Below the pieces are notes generated by a model. The model saw only the letters and a list, made by a program, of their open reading frames with translations. It searched no databases and was not told the DNA's origin. 64,000 nucleotides of DNA from a virus: IMG/VR virus record IMGVR_UViG_3300028844_004552, positions 1 through 64,000 of that record; one strand, given 5' to 3'. This document shows positions 52,220 through 61,126 of the stretch, piece by piece; position 1 is the first letter of the stretch, and each line of letters opens with the position of its first letter. The position numbers and the translations under genes were made by a program.

Positions 52220-53197
52220 ATGTTATTAAAAATAGGTGACAACAGTAGACAAGTAAAAGAGGTTCAAACCTTATTAGATACACATGGATTTTGGGTATAT
52301 CATAAATTCACATTCTATTTCGGGACCATTACTGATACAGCAGTAAGAAAATTTCAAAAAGCTAAGAATATTAAAGTAGATGGTGAAGTAGGACCAGAGA
52401 CTTATGGTTATTTGTTAGAAGGTATTGACACAGATAGAGGTGGTTTAGATACTGATGAGGTTGTTAACGATACTGACAACAAATTAGATTATAGAGGTTC
52501 TTACGAATCAAAAGATGGTCTAACAATAGACAGAGCTTACTTAGATTCAGATGAATTCGTTATGGATTACGGTAAGATAAAACCTAAAAACTTATTCATA
52601 CACCACACCGCTGGTTGGGATAACCCATACGCTACTATTGGTCATTGGAATAGAGATAAGAGAGGTCGTGTTGCAACACAATATGTTGTTGGTGGATTTA
52701 ACATCAAGGGTGACTCTAAACATGACGGTACGGTTGTACAATGTTTCCCAGATAATTATATTGGGTGGCACTTAGGTAAAGTTGGTGGCTTCAACGCATC
52801 AAAGTATTCTGTTGGTATTGAACTTAACAACTTTGGTTATGTTACAAAAAAGAATGGTAAATTTTACACATATGTAAACACAGTGGTTCCAGAGGACCAA
52901 GTATGTGATTTAGGTTACAAATTTAGAAATCACCAATATTGGCATAAATATTCTGACGCTCAAATTGAAAGTCTTAGATTATTAATTCTTCACATTAAAG
53001 ATATCTACCCTACGATAGATATTACCAAGGGACTTATTGAAGAATTAGAGACAAAGACACCAGCAGAGGCATTTGGGTTTAACAAAGACGCTTATAATGC
53101 AAAGGAGTACGGTATGTGGACTCACACCAATGTAAGAAAGGATAAATTTGATTGTTTCCCACAACCAGAATTAATAGAGATGTTAAAATCACTATAA
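52220..53197 (+). CDS. endolysin: peptidoglycan-binding domain plus N-acetylmuramoyl-L-alanine amidase
   Basis: VKEVQ..L..FG..T..AVRKFQ..DGEVGPET; FIHHTAG, GIELNN and THTNVRKDKFDC Zn ligands. Confidence 0.88.
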   Translation: MLLKIGDNSRQVKEVQTLLDTHGFWVYHKFTFYFGTITDTAVRKFQKAKNIKVDGEVGPETYGYLLEGIDTDRGGLDTDEVVNDTDNKLDYRGSYESKDGLTIDRAYLDSDEFVMDYGKIKPKNLFIHHTAGWDNPYATIGHWNRDKRGRVATQYVVGGFNIKGDSKHDGTVVQCFPDNYIGWHLGKVGGFNASKYSVGIELNNFGYVTKKNGKFYTYVNTVVPEDQVCDLGYKFRNHQYWHKYSDAQIESLRLLILHIKDIYPTIDITKGLIEELETKTPAEAFGFNKDAYNAKEYGMWTHTNVRKDKFDCFPQPELIEMLKSL

Positions 53198-53234
53198 GAC
53201 TTTATTTTCAACTAATATTTGTTATATTAATCAT

Positions 53235-53708
53235 ATGACAGACAATACTAAAAAATCACTTGAGTTTTTGAGTTATATCAACACACCACTAAGTAAAACC
53301 AGTATAGATGTATTATACAGTGCGAACAACGTTAATTTTGAACGTTGCCAACTGTATAGTGACTTTATTCAGAGTTTAATTGGGCTTATACTTAACACGT
53401 ATATGGGTGATGAAATCACTACTTCAAAGCAGAGGGTAGAACATTTCGATTGGTGTTGGTCTAAGAACATGGATAATTTTAGTGATGAGGGAATCAACTT
53501 CAATAACTCAAAAAAATTATACGATTATATAAAACAAGATATTATTGAAACATTCTATAAAGTTGGAGATAAAGTAGAGGAAGAATTGAATGGTGGTTAC
53601 CTACTTAAGGTTTGGAAATACATATTTTCATATTCATCAAATAAGACCCGTTCTGACATCGAAATATTCATCAAACTTTACAATTTATTTGAAGAATCAC
53701 TTGATTAA
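53235..53708 (+). CDS. hypothetical phage protein
   Basis: 157-aa ORF. Confidence 0.7.
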   Translation: MTDNTKKSLEFLSYINTPLSKTSIDVLYSANNVNFERCQLYSDFIQSLIGLILNTYMGDEITTSKQRVEHFDWCWSKNMDNFSDEGINFNNSKKLYDYIKQDIIETFYKVGDKVEEELNGGYLLKVWKYIFSYSSNKTRSDIEIFIKLYNLFEESLD

Positions 53709-53766
53709 GTGTAAAAAAGAGGGTTTTAGTATTTATTTATAAAAAATAAAGTTATATACTTAAGAT

Positions 53767-53988
53767 ATGAGATTATTCGATATTATAAAAAGCACATTAA
53801 CAACTGAAAAATTAATAGCTGAACAAGAACTTGAAAGAGTTATAAATGATAAGAGCTTGGAGACAAGTAAGAAGGTTGTTATGATAAAAGGGTTATTAAA
53901 CAAGATAACACTAACCGAATCATCATTTGGGGTATTTGAAAATTTAATCAAACCAACTGATGAAACTAATGAAGATAAAAAACAATAA
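53767..53988 (+). CDS. hypothetical protein
   Basis: 73-aa ORF. Confidence 0.65.
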   Translation: MRLFDIIKSTLTTEKLIAEQELERVINDKSLETSKKVVMIKGLLNKITLTESSFGVFENLIKPTDETNEDKKQ

Positions 53989-53990
53989 AA

Positions 53991-54158
53991 ATGGAAAAAT
54001 TTGAACAATTAAAGAGTTTACTAGAAGAAGCTACATCAGATGTAGAAAAAACAGCTAACGGAAACAAAGCCGCTGGTGTTAGAGTAAGAAAGATGTTACA
54101 ATCAGTTAAGGATGTAGCTCAAGAATTTCGAAAAGAAATTTCAGCAATGAAAAAGTAA
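53991..54158 (+). CDS. histone H1-like Hc1 family protein (55 aa, absent from the ORF track)
   Basis: MEKFEQLKSLLEEATSDVEKTANGNKAAGVRVRKMLQSVKDVAQEFRKEI; GNKAAGxRxRK signature. Confidence 0.85.
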   Translation: MEKFEQLKSLLEEATSDVEKTANGNKAAGVRVRKMLQSVKDVAQEFRKEISAMKK

Positions 54159-54162
54159 GAAT

Positions 54163-54378
54163 ATGACAATAGAGATAATAAATAAAATACTATATATCTT
54201 ACTCTTCCTATCCATATTGAATATTGGTAGGTGTACGTTCTTCTTAATAGGTTCTTTCATCAAATCCAACGATGAAAGACCAGAGAAGTATAGATTAAAT
54301 AGGTTATCGTTAATTTTATTAGGATTATCTATTGGCTATGTAATAAGTGTGTTCTTTACGGGAGTTACTATCTCGTGA
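54163..54378 (+). CDS. small two-TM membrane protein
   Basis: 71 aa with two hydrophobic helices. Confidence 0.6.
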   Translation: MTIEIINKILYILLFLSILNIGRCTFFLIGSFIKSNDERPEKYRLNRLSLILLGLSIGYVISVFFTGVTIS

Positions 54379-54403
54379 GAACCACAAAAAGAAAAAAAGT
54401 TTT

Positions 54404-55219
54404 ATGTCAAATATACAAAATAGGTTAAATTCATTACAACCATACGTAATTGGGGTTAGATTCCAAAACGGGATGTCAATAGTTGATGCTGTCTTTAAAG
54501 ATGGGTGGGCTGTTCCAAAATCAGAAATAATTGAGAGTACGAAAGGTAAGGGTGATGAGTTAAACTACCACATGTTTTTCACACAACGAGAAGACTTAGG
54601 TTTAGACGAAATCCTAGACTATGTGGAGAAAGTTATTGGACTCAACATTGAAAGAGAAAAGAAACATGCATTATTGAAGGTTAAGGCTAAAGAATTAGCA
54701 GAGTTATTTAAAAAGAATCCATTATCTAAATTACAAGGTATGTCATTTGTTTTAAGTGGTGAGAAGTTAATCAAGGATATGGAAGCAGATGTTGAAGATG
54801 TAGTTGATATTGATTTCAGTGTAGATATTCCATTAACCCCACAACCAGAGGTAGTTACAACTCCACAACCAGAGGTAGTTACAACTCCACAACCAGCAGT
54901 AGTAACAACCCCACAACCAGAGGTAGTTGTTGACGAACCAAATGTGAGAAGAGCCCCTAACGGTGAAATAATCCCACCATTATCAGAGGAAGATACAGGG
55001 GAGATTGAAGAGGACTTCAATAAAGTTGATTTAACACCTAAGGAAGAACCAGCGGTAAGAAAGAATGTGAATGGTAAACAAATTGATTTACCAGCTAAAA
55101 AGGGTGCTAAGAACCAAGTTCAATTAGAGGAAATAGTGGCACCACAAAATGTGGTCTGTAAATGTGTTGGGGATGAAGTATGTCCAGCATGTGAAGAAGA
55201 AAAAATAGGAAGTTACTAA
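54404..55219 (+). CDS. hypothetical protein with PQPEVVTT repeats and a C-terminal Cys cluster
   Basis: ATG at 54404; CKCVGDEVCPAC. Confidence 0.7.
   Translation: MSNIQNRLNSLQPYVIGVRFQNGMSIVDAVFKDGWAVPKSEIIESTKGKGDELNYHMFFTQREDLGLDEILDYVEKVIGLNIEREKKHALLKVKAKELAELFKKNPLSKLQGMSFVLSGEKLIKDMEADVEDVVDIDFSVDIPLTPQPEVVTTPQPEVVTTPQPAVVTTPQPEVVVDEPNVRRAPNGEIIPPLSEEDTGEIEEDFNKVDLTPKEEPAVRKNVNGKQIDLPAKKGAKNQVQLEEIVAPQNVVCKCVGDEVCPACEEEKIGSY
54836..54930 (+). repeat. 24-nt coding tandem repeat x4
   Basis: CCACAACCAGAGGTAGTTACAACT. Confidence 0.9.
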
Positions 55220-55223
55220 GATT

Positions 55224-55544
55224 ATGACAAATTTAATTATATTCATTTTATGTGCCTATGGGTTTTCAAACATCGTAGTATACGGTTCAAACTTTCAATG
55301 GTTTAGAAACGGATTATCAAAATTAGGAACTGGACCACTGAGTCTATATAAATTATTCACTTGTATGATGTGCCTACCAACATGGGTAGGGTTCGGACTT
55401 TCCGCATTATTCCAACATTACGGGGTTGAAACTCCAATGGGTAGTATTGAAAATTATTGGTGGGTATTATTCCTCGACGGTGTGTTGACATCTGGTGGTG
55501 TATACGCATTTAATGTTTTAGTTGAATACTTTGAAGGAGATTAA
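55224..55544 (+). CDS. DUF1360-like membrane protein
   Basis: Three TMs with LFTCMMCLPTWVG. Confidence 0.6.
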   Translation: MTNLIIFILCAYGFSNIVVYGSNFQWFRNGLSKLGTGPLSLYKLFTCMMCLPTWVGFGLSALFQHYGVETPMGSIENYWWVLFLDGVLTSGGVYAFNVLVEYFEGD

Positions 55545-55546
55545 TT

Positions 55547-55864
55547 ATGAAAAAACCAAATTTAGAAGGGAGAATTGAATTGGATGAAGTTCTAGCTAAG
55601 GCTAAGGAAAGCACAACCAACTTTATCAATCACTTAGAAAGTGAGGAACAAGGTGAAAGGATAGAAACTGTTGATACTATTCGCAACCAAATACTTGGTG
55701 ATAAGAAGAGTAGTGATATCAAAAAGAATAAATTCATTCAAGAAATGAAGAATGGTATGGGTGCTGACATCATGAACAAAGGTGGTTATGGTGTTAAAAT
55801 CAACAAACCAACAAGAATGAAGAGGTTTAAGAACTTCTTAATAAGATTGTATTCAAAATTCTAA
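55547..55864 (+). CDS. hypothetical protein
   Basis: 105-aa ORF. Confidence 0.65.
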   Translation: MKKPNLEGRIELDEVLAKAKESTTNFINHLESEEQGERIETVDTIRNQILGDKKSSDIKKNKFIQEMKNGMGADIMNKGGYGVKINKPTRMKRFKNFLIRLYSKF

Positions 55865-55866
55865 AA

Positions 55867-56121
55867 ATGACATACGAGGATTTAATTGAAATATTTTCAG
55901 AATTGGTTAATAATGAGAACATCAAAAAAGATGGTCTTATAATGTTCTATGAACTACCAGCTGAGAATCATGAAAAGTTGGATGAACACCTATTCTACAA
56001 GACCAATGATAGAAATGCTGAGTTTACACATCAAGACATTATAGAGGTTGAAGTTGATGGATTTATTGTTAAGATTATCAAGGAAGGTGGAAAATTAGTG
56101 TACGAAGATTTGGATAATTGA
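55867..56121 (+). CDS. hypothetical protein
   Basis: 84-aa ORF. Confidence 0.65.
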   Translation: MTYEDLIEIFSELVNNENIKKDGLIMFYELPAENHEKLDEHLFYKTNDRNAEFTHQDIIEVEVDGFIVKIIKEGGKLVYEDLDN

Positions 56122-56145
56122 TTTATTTTCCTTATCTTTGTGTTT

Positions 56146-56436
56146 ATGAAGATGTCTAAATCCAAACACAGAAATACACATTGCAAAGAAGCTGGTAAAT
56201 ATACTTACCCTAGTGAAGCCGCAGCATCTCGTACTTTAAATAAGTATGAAGACATTAAACGCACCTATCTATGTAAGGGTTGTGGTGGTTGGCATATAAC
56301 TAGCATGACTATGCGTACAGCAGTAAAGTATGGTATTGTTAATAAACTACCAAAGAAAAGTAAAAAGGGTTATCCCACATCAAAAATACAAAATAGACTT
56401 GATTTTTTAAATAAAAAAATAAATAAAGATGCTTAA
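56146..56436 (+). CDS. small basic Zn-ribbon protein
   Basis: C..GK..Y.SE..A..YLCKGCGGWHITS; TATCTTTG promoter at 56133-56140. Confidence 0.65.
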   Translation: MKMSKSKHRNTHCKEAGKYTYPSEAAASRTLNKYEDIKRTYLCKGCGGWHITSMTMRTAVKYGIVNKLPKKSKKGYPTSKIQNRLDFLNKKINKDA

Positions 56437-57058
56437 GAATTACGCAAGAGAACATAACCTAAAACAAGTAGCTGGTTTAGATGAGGTTGGTAGAGGTTCA
56501 TTCGCTGGACCAGTTGTAACTGCCGCAGTGATACTACCACCAGACTTCGAATCAGAACTAATAGTCGATTCAAAGCTCATCTGCAAGTCAAGACCGAAGA
56601 TGCAAAAGGCTTACGACCTAATCATGGAGAATGCAATAGCTGTTCATTGTGACGCACAATCAGCAAAGGTAATAAACGAGTTAGGTATCAATGATGCAAT
56701 TTGGAAATCGATGCATACATGTATAGACAACTTACCACACGTTGAGAAATTATTGATTGATGGTCGTGAATGGGTTGAACACCCAAGAATTGGTGATATA
56801 CCATATGAAACAGTAGTTAAGGGTGATAATACATATTTATCAATAGCGGCAGCTGCAATTGTAGCTAAGTACCGTAGAGATGAATACATGACGAAAGTAC
56901 ATGAATTACATCCACATTATAACTTTAGTGGTAGCAAGGGTTATTACTGTAAGAAACATGGTGAGGGGCTACTAGAATATGGGAAGACACGTTATCATCG
57001 AGACCAATATGTTGAGACGTGGTGTAAAAATAAAGGACATTTATTACCAAATAATTAG
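56429..57058 (+). CDS. rnhB: ribonuclease HII
   Basis: GLDEVGRGSFAGPVVTAAVILP, DSK, LIDG and KGD..SIAAAAIVAK..RD. Confidence 0.93.
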   Translation: MLKNYAREHNLKQVAGLDEVGRGSFAGPVVTAAVILPPDFESELIVDSKLICKSRPKMQKAYDLIMENAIAVHCDAQSAKVINELGINDAIWKSMHTCIDNLPHVEKLLIDGREWVEHPRIGDIPYETVVKGDNTYLSIAAAAIVAKYRRDEYMTKVHELHPHYNFSGSKGYYCKKHGEGLLEYGKTRYHRDQYVETWCKNKGHLLPNN

Positions 57059-57109
57059 GAATAACGAAATAAATTACTTATATTTGTTTTAACCAATTAA
57101 ATAAACAAT

Positions 57110-57589
57110 ATGAAAAAGTTATTATTTGCAGTATCAGTAATCTTAGTATTCGCTTCTTGTGAGAAGGAAGACTTCGGACAATATAGTCAAGAATTAGAGC
57201 CAGTGGATAACCTTCCAACAACGGAATATACCTATGGTGGAACACTTCCATCAACTGGTACGGTTTCCAACGACCTTGTAGGTACAACTTGGGTATTAAC
57301 TAAGTATGTATCAGCATTCGCAACAGAATATCCTTATGATACAATAGCCTTTGTATCTAACAATGAATACACTATCAATAGTGGTGCTGTTAGAACATAC
57401 CAATTGAATTCGTTGCCATTATCCAACAACTATGACTTATCATTATATTTCTTTTTCCCAATGGGTGGTAGTCACTACAGTGGAGAGGTTGGTCAGACAT
57501 TCATTGGTGATGGGGAGATTAACAACGTTCAGTTTCAAGACATTCAGAACGAGGGAAATACAATATTAACCTTCTTTACAAAAATATAA
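57110..57589 (+). CDS. lipoprotein (lipocalin/META-like beta domain possible)
   Basis: Signal MKKLLFAVSVILVFAS-C followed by EKED; LVGTTWVL motif; own TATATTTG promoter at 57079. Confidence 0.7.
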   Translation: MKKLLFAVSVILVFASCEKEDFGQYSQELEPVDNLPTTEYTYGGTLPSTGTVSNDLVGTTWVLTKYVSAFATEYPYDTIAFVSNNEYTINSGAVRTYQLNSLPLSNNYDLSLYFFFPMGGSHYSGEVGQTFIGDGEINNVQFQDIQNEGNTILTFFTKI

Positions 57590-57591
57590 AG

Positions 57592-57972
57592 ATGAAATAT
57601 CATTTAACAAATATATACTTCGAACCAGAACCACCTAATAATCAAATCAGATTGATGAAGATAATGAATGGGTTCATTGTGGGAAGAGAAATAGCAGAGG
57701 TTATACTAACAACAATCAATGCAAAAGAAAAATTAGTTGTTGAAGATATTAACCCTATGAGGCTTCACACTTATGGTATTAGATGTGACCATCAGACTGA
57801 GGAAACCATCAATCGAATAGCGAAAGAGAAGAAAGAAAACGAAGAAAGATGGGCTCGTGAAGACATTATCTTCAAGAAAGCTGAGATATGGTATGAAACT
57901 CTTAGTGAAGAAGAAAAGGAAATGGTCCAACAATTGGGTTATAAGAAATTTCAAGCATATGCAGTAGGATAA
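57592..57972 (+). CDS. hypothetical protein
   Basis: 126-aa ORF. Confidence 0.65.
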   Translation: MKYHLTNIYFEPEPPNNQIRLMKIMNGFIVGREIAEVILTTINAKEKLVVEDINPMRLHTYGIRCDHQTEETINRIAKEKKENEERWAREDIIFKKAEIWYETLSEEEKEMVQQLGYKKFQAYAVG

Positions 57973-57985
57973 AAAAATATAAGAT

Positions 57986-58159
57986 ATGGGAATGGATATA
58001 GATTGGGTATTTTTAGATAAAGCCCTAGATAATGTTAGACATATAGCGTCATGCATACCACACGGTGAACGTGAGAAAATTGCTGACGATATTCTAAAAT
58101 TTGAAAAGAAAATCTGCAAGAAATACAATGGAGAATCTGCCTTTACGGAAAAAAAATAA
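57986..58159 (+). CDS. small hypothetical protein (57 aa, absent from the ORF track)
   Basis: MGMDIDWVFLDKALDNVRHIASCIPHGEREKIADDILKFEKK...; fills an intergenic gap. Confidence 0.5.
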   Translation: MGMDIDWVFLDKALDNVRHIASCIPHGEREKIADDILKFEKKICKKYNGESAFTEKK

Positions 58160-58177
58160 AAATAATTTAGATTTTGC

Positions 58178-58208
58178 TTGACAAGAGGATTTAAATGTAG
58201 TATATTTG
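58178..58208 (+). promoter_or_regulatory. promoter upstream of the TROVE-like gene
   Basis: TTGACA at 58178-58183 and TATATTTG at 58201-58208. Confidence 0.65.
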
Positions 58209-58256
58209 CAGTCGCTGAAATTAGATAACTAAGTTTAATTTTAAAAACCAAACACT

Positions 58257-59717
58257 ATGTCAAAATTGATTGATGCAATCAGAACTAACGATTCCCTTAC
58301 AGAAAATGGGATGACTACTAACTCAACATCATTAAATATGTGTGTAGACATGTTCTTCACCATAGGTGCTATGAGAGGTCAAGATAAGACTCGTCTTATA
58401 AACACATTCACGAAAGCTTACGCAGAAGATGCACTTACAGCAACAAAGTTGTTGTTCTGGGCTAGAGACGTACGTGGTGGTGCTGGAGAGAGACAAATCT
58501 TTAAGGATATCATTACTTACTTAGCAAGTTCTAAGCACAAGGAAGTTCTTAGAAAGAACTTATCACTTATCTCTGAATTCGGGAGATGGGATGACCTTCT
58601 AGTATTGGTTGGTACTCCATTGGAGACTGACGCATTAAATCTTATTGCTAATGCACTTAACGAAGGGAACGGACTTTGTGCTAAGTGGATGCCAAGACCT
58701 AACGGTGGAAACAGAGAAAATAAGAGATGGGCTTCTGCTCTTAGAAAGCATATGGACCTTACACCAAAGGCTTATAGAACATTGTTAGTTGAAAACACTA
58801 ACGTTGTTGAAACGCTTATGTGTTCAAAGGACTTCGGTTCTATCGAGTACGGTAAGATTCCATCAAAGGCTATGTCTGATTACATGAAAGCATTCGGTAA
58901 GAATGATTACGAAAGATTCACAATGTATCTTAATGCAGTTGACAATGGTGAGGAAAAAATTAACGCTGGTGCGGTATACCCATATGATATTGTTAAGAAC
59001 ATGAGAAACGGTTCTAAGAATGGTGCTGACACACAATGGAATGCGTTACCTAACTACATGGAAGGTAGCAACGAGAGAATATTACCTCTAGTTGATGTAT
59101 CTGGTTCAATGCAAACTCCAGCTGGTGGAAACTCCAATATATCATGTATGGATGTGGCAATCTCATTGGGATTATACATGTCAGAGAGAAATGTTGGACC
59201 ATTCAAGGATGCGTTCATTACATTCCACTCCAATCCAACATTGGAAGTGGTTAAGGGTACACTTTCTGAAAGATATACTCAAATGCATAGCTCTAAATGG
59301 GGTGGTTCTACTAACATAGAAGCCGCATTCGGATTGATGTTAAATAAGGCAATAGCAAACAACGTTTCTGCTGATGAAATGCCAACAATGATGATTATAT
59401 TGTCAGATATGGAATTTGACTCTGCAACAAGAGCGGGATGGGGTGAATCACACCCAAGATGGAATGCTTCGGCTCAATCTATGATTGAGGATAAGTATGC
59501 AGAAGCTGGGTACGTGATGCCTAAGATTGTATATTGGAACCTTCAATCTCGTGGAGATAAGAACAAGCCAGTTCAGTTCGATAAAAACGGAACAGCATTG
59601 GTGTCTGGATTCAGTCCAGCATTATTGACTAGTTTGTTGGCTGGTAAGGACATGACTCCTTACAGTATGATGATGAACGTAATTAGCTCTGCTCGTTACG
59701 AGGATATAACTATATAA
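58257..59717 (+). CDS. TROVE/Ro60-like protein (DUF2828-type helical domain plus vWA)
   Basis: TENG, RDVRGGAGER, FGRWDDL, AKWMPR, MIDAS DVSGSM, GGSTN, SDMEFD, YWNL and VSGFSP. Confidence 0.85.
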   Translation: MSKLIDAIRTNDSLTENGMTTNSTSLNMCVDMFFTIGAMRGQDKTRLINTFTKAYAEDALTATKLLFWARDVRGGAGERQIFKDIITYLASSKHKEVLRKNLSLISEFGRWDDLLVLVGTPLETDALNLIANALNEGNGLCAKWMPRPNGGNRENKRWASALRKHMDLTPKAYRTLLVENTNVVETLMCSKDFGSIEYGKIPSKAMSDYMKAFGKNDYERFTMYLNAVDNGEEKINAGAVYPYDIVKNMRNGSKNGADTQWNALPNYMEGSNERILPLVDVSGSMQTPAGGNSNISCMDVAISLGLYMSERNVGPFKDAFITFHSNPTLEVVKGTLSERYTQMHSSKWGGSTNIEAAFGLMLNKAIANNVSADEMPTMMIILSDMEFDSATRAGWGESHPRWNASAQSMIEDKYAEAGYVMPKIVYWNLQSRGDKNKPVQFDKNGTALVSGFSPALLTSLLAGKDMTPYSMMMNVISSARYEDITI

Positions 59718-59721
59718 TATT

Positions 59722-59743
59722 TGGGGTGGCTTCGGCTACCCCA
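59722..59743 (+). other. stable C(UUCG)G hairpin directly after the TROVE-like stop
   Basis: TGGGGTGGC-TTCG-GCTACCCCA; only a weak U-tract follows. Confidence 0.8.
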
Positions 59744-59750
59744 TTTGTGT

Positions 59751-59930
59751 TTTGTGATTTTAAGAATGATTACTGCAATCTTAAAACAAATATAAATAGC
59801 TACATAACAGAAAGAAATGGGTCAACTGTACGGGACCACATTTATTCGAAATTGATATCGATTTCAGCATACCAATTGTACGTTCTCTACTGGGTTAGAA
59901 CTAAATGCCCCCACATTCTGTATCACAAAC
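59751..59930 (+). ncRNA. candidate structured ncRNA (Y-RNA-like partner of the TROVE protein)
   Basis: Ends pair (TTTGTGAT/ATCACAAA and AGAATG/CATTCT) around three internal hairpins; followed by a terminator; largest non-coding gap in the window. Confidence 0.55.
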
Positions 59931-59936
59931 TTAAAT

Positions 59937-59962
59937 TAAGCCTCTTTATTGAGGCTTTTTTT
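59937..59962 (+). terminator. intrinsic terminator
   Basis: AAGCCTC-TTTATT-GAGGCTT followed by a T-run. Confidence 0.85.
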
Positions 59963-60033
59963 ATTCCCTAAACCTTTACACTATAATAAAAATTACTTAG
60001 ATTTAACTATAATATAAAAATAATGAATTATAG

Positions 60034-60333
60034 ATGAAAATAGTAGTTAAACAAACGGATGAATTAAGGGGAACAACACCACCATTTAAAGATGAAAAGA
60101 TGGTTGAAGAGTTTATGGTTTATTTAATGGATGATACTGGTAGACCACTATCATGTGAAATTGTTTACGGTATAGCCGCTAAGAATGATATAGTTGGTAG
60201 GTTATTAATAGAATACTTCTTGCCAGATAATTGGGAAGAAAATAAGGAGCGGTTTGATGTCACAACAATTGTTGAAGAAGTATCATATGAAGATTACTTA
60301 GAACCAGCTGGAATTGCAAATACAAGAATATAA
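60034..60333 (+). CDS. hypothetical protein
   Basis: 99-aa ORF. Confidence 0.65.
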   Translation: MKIVVKQTDELRGTTPPFKDEKMVEEFMVYLMDDTGRPLSCEIVYGIAAKNDIVGRLLIEYFLPDNWEENKERFDVTTIVEEVSYEDYLEPAGIANTRI

Positions 60334-60779
60334 TGGAAAAAGAAATTATGAAAAAAATGGCTCGATACGTCGAGTTATCAACAAAGTTCTCTAAGTCAGA
60401 AAAAGATGTCTTTACAGAAGAAGAATTAAAAACGTTACTCACTTCAAATACTACAGTAATAGGTGGTGGGAATAATAGTGTTATGATTGGTACTGTTTGT
60501 GGTACAGGACATGCTAATATAACTATGAATAACCTTTCTAACTACTTATCCGTAAATAGTGGGTTTATGCTTGGTGATAGAGAAATTTATATTGATAAGA
60601 GCGGTAATGTTAAATCTAGAAACCCAAAGAAACCACTTACAAGAGGTGAGATGTTTGAATTAAACACAATGGTTAATATTAAAGAAAGAGCTACACTATT
60701 AGATGAGTATGATGAGTATAATAAACTAAGAGTATCACTTAATAAATATTTTGATGGTGCTAATGATTTAATAAACTAA
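60333..60779 (+). CDS. hypothetical protein
   Basis: 148 aa; TAATG overlap. Confidence 0.65.
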   Translation: MEKEIMKKMARYVELSTKFSKSEKDVFTEEELKTLLTSNTTVIGGGNNSVMIGTVCGTGHANITMNNLSNYLSVNSGFMLGDREIYIDKSGNVKSRNPKKPLTRGEMFELNTMVNIKERATLLDEYDEYNKLRVSLNKYFDGANDLIN

Positions 60780-60781
60780 GA

Positions 60782-61126
60782 ATGAAAGAGAAACAAATCA
60801 CAAAAAAGGGATACCCTTTGATTTTAGTTTTCTATATGGATAGAGAATTAATGCAAACAGAAATGATGGGTCAGATAGCAATATCAATAAATGATGCAAT
60901 TGCAAAACGAGACGCTAACGCAATGGCGTTCTTCGTTCCAACAGATGGTATTGAGAGAATCGAATGTATCAACCCAATAATGGTTAAGGATGCTGATATG
61001 GAACAAGTCAATAAACTTGTCCAAGACCTTACAAAGAACTTTGACATAGGTCAAGGTGCTGACGAAGGTAAGAATGACCCAGCTAACGAAATAGAAATAG
61101 AACCTAGGGAAGACGATGGAGAATAG
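60782..61126 (+). CDS. hypothetical phage protein
   Basis: 114 aa; ILVFY..FFVPT..RIECINP. Confidence 0.7.
   Translation: MKEKQITKKGYPLILVFYMDRELMQTEMMGQIAISINDAIAKRDANAMAFFVPTDGIERIECINPIMVKDADMEQVNKLVQDLTKNFDIGQGADEGKNDPANEIEIEPREDDGE

Noticed and set aside
27170-54930. CRISPR array or DGR repeats
   Set aside because: All repeats found are in-frame coding repeats (42, 36, 18 and 24 nt) without spacers, and no cas or reverse transcriptase gene is present.
59751-59930. tRNA gene
   Set aside because: No cloverleaf or GTTCRA T-loop in a proper context; no tRNA was recognised anywhere in the window.
59726-59971. 81-aa ORF after the TROVE gene
   Set aside because: Its GTG start is buried in a hairpin, it runs through the terminator and its composition is atypical. 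A structured RNA explains the region better.
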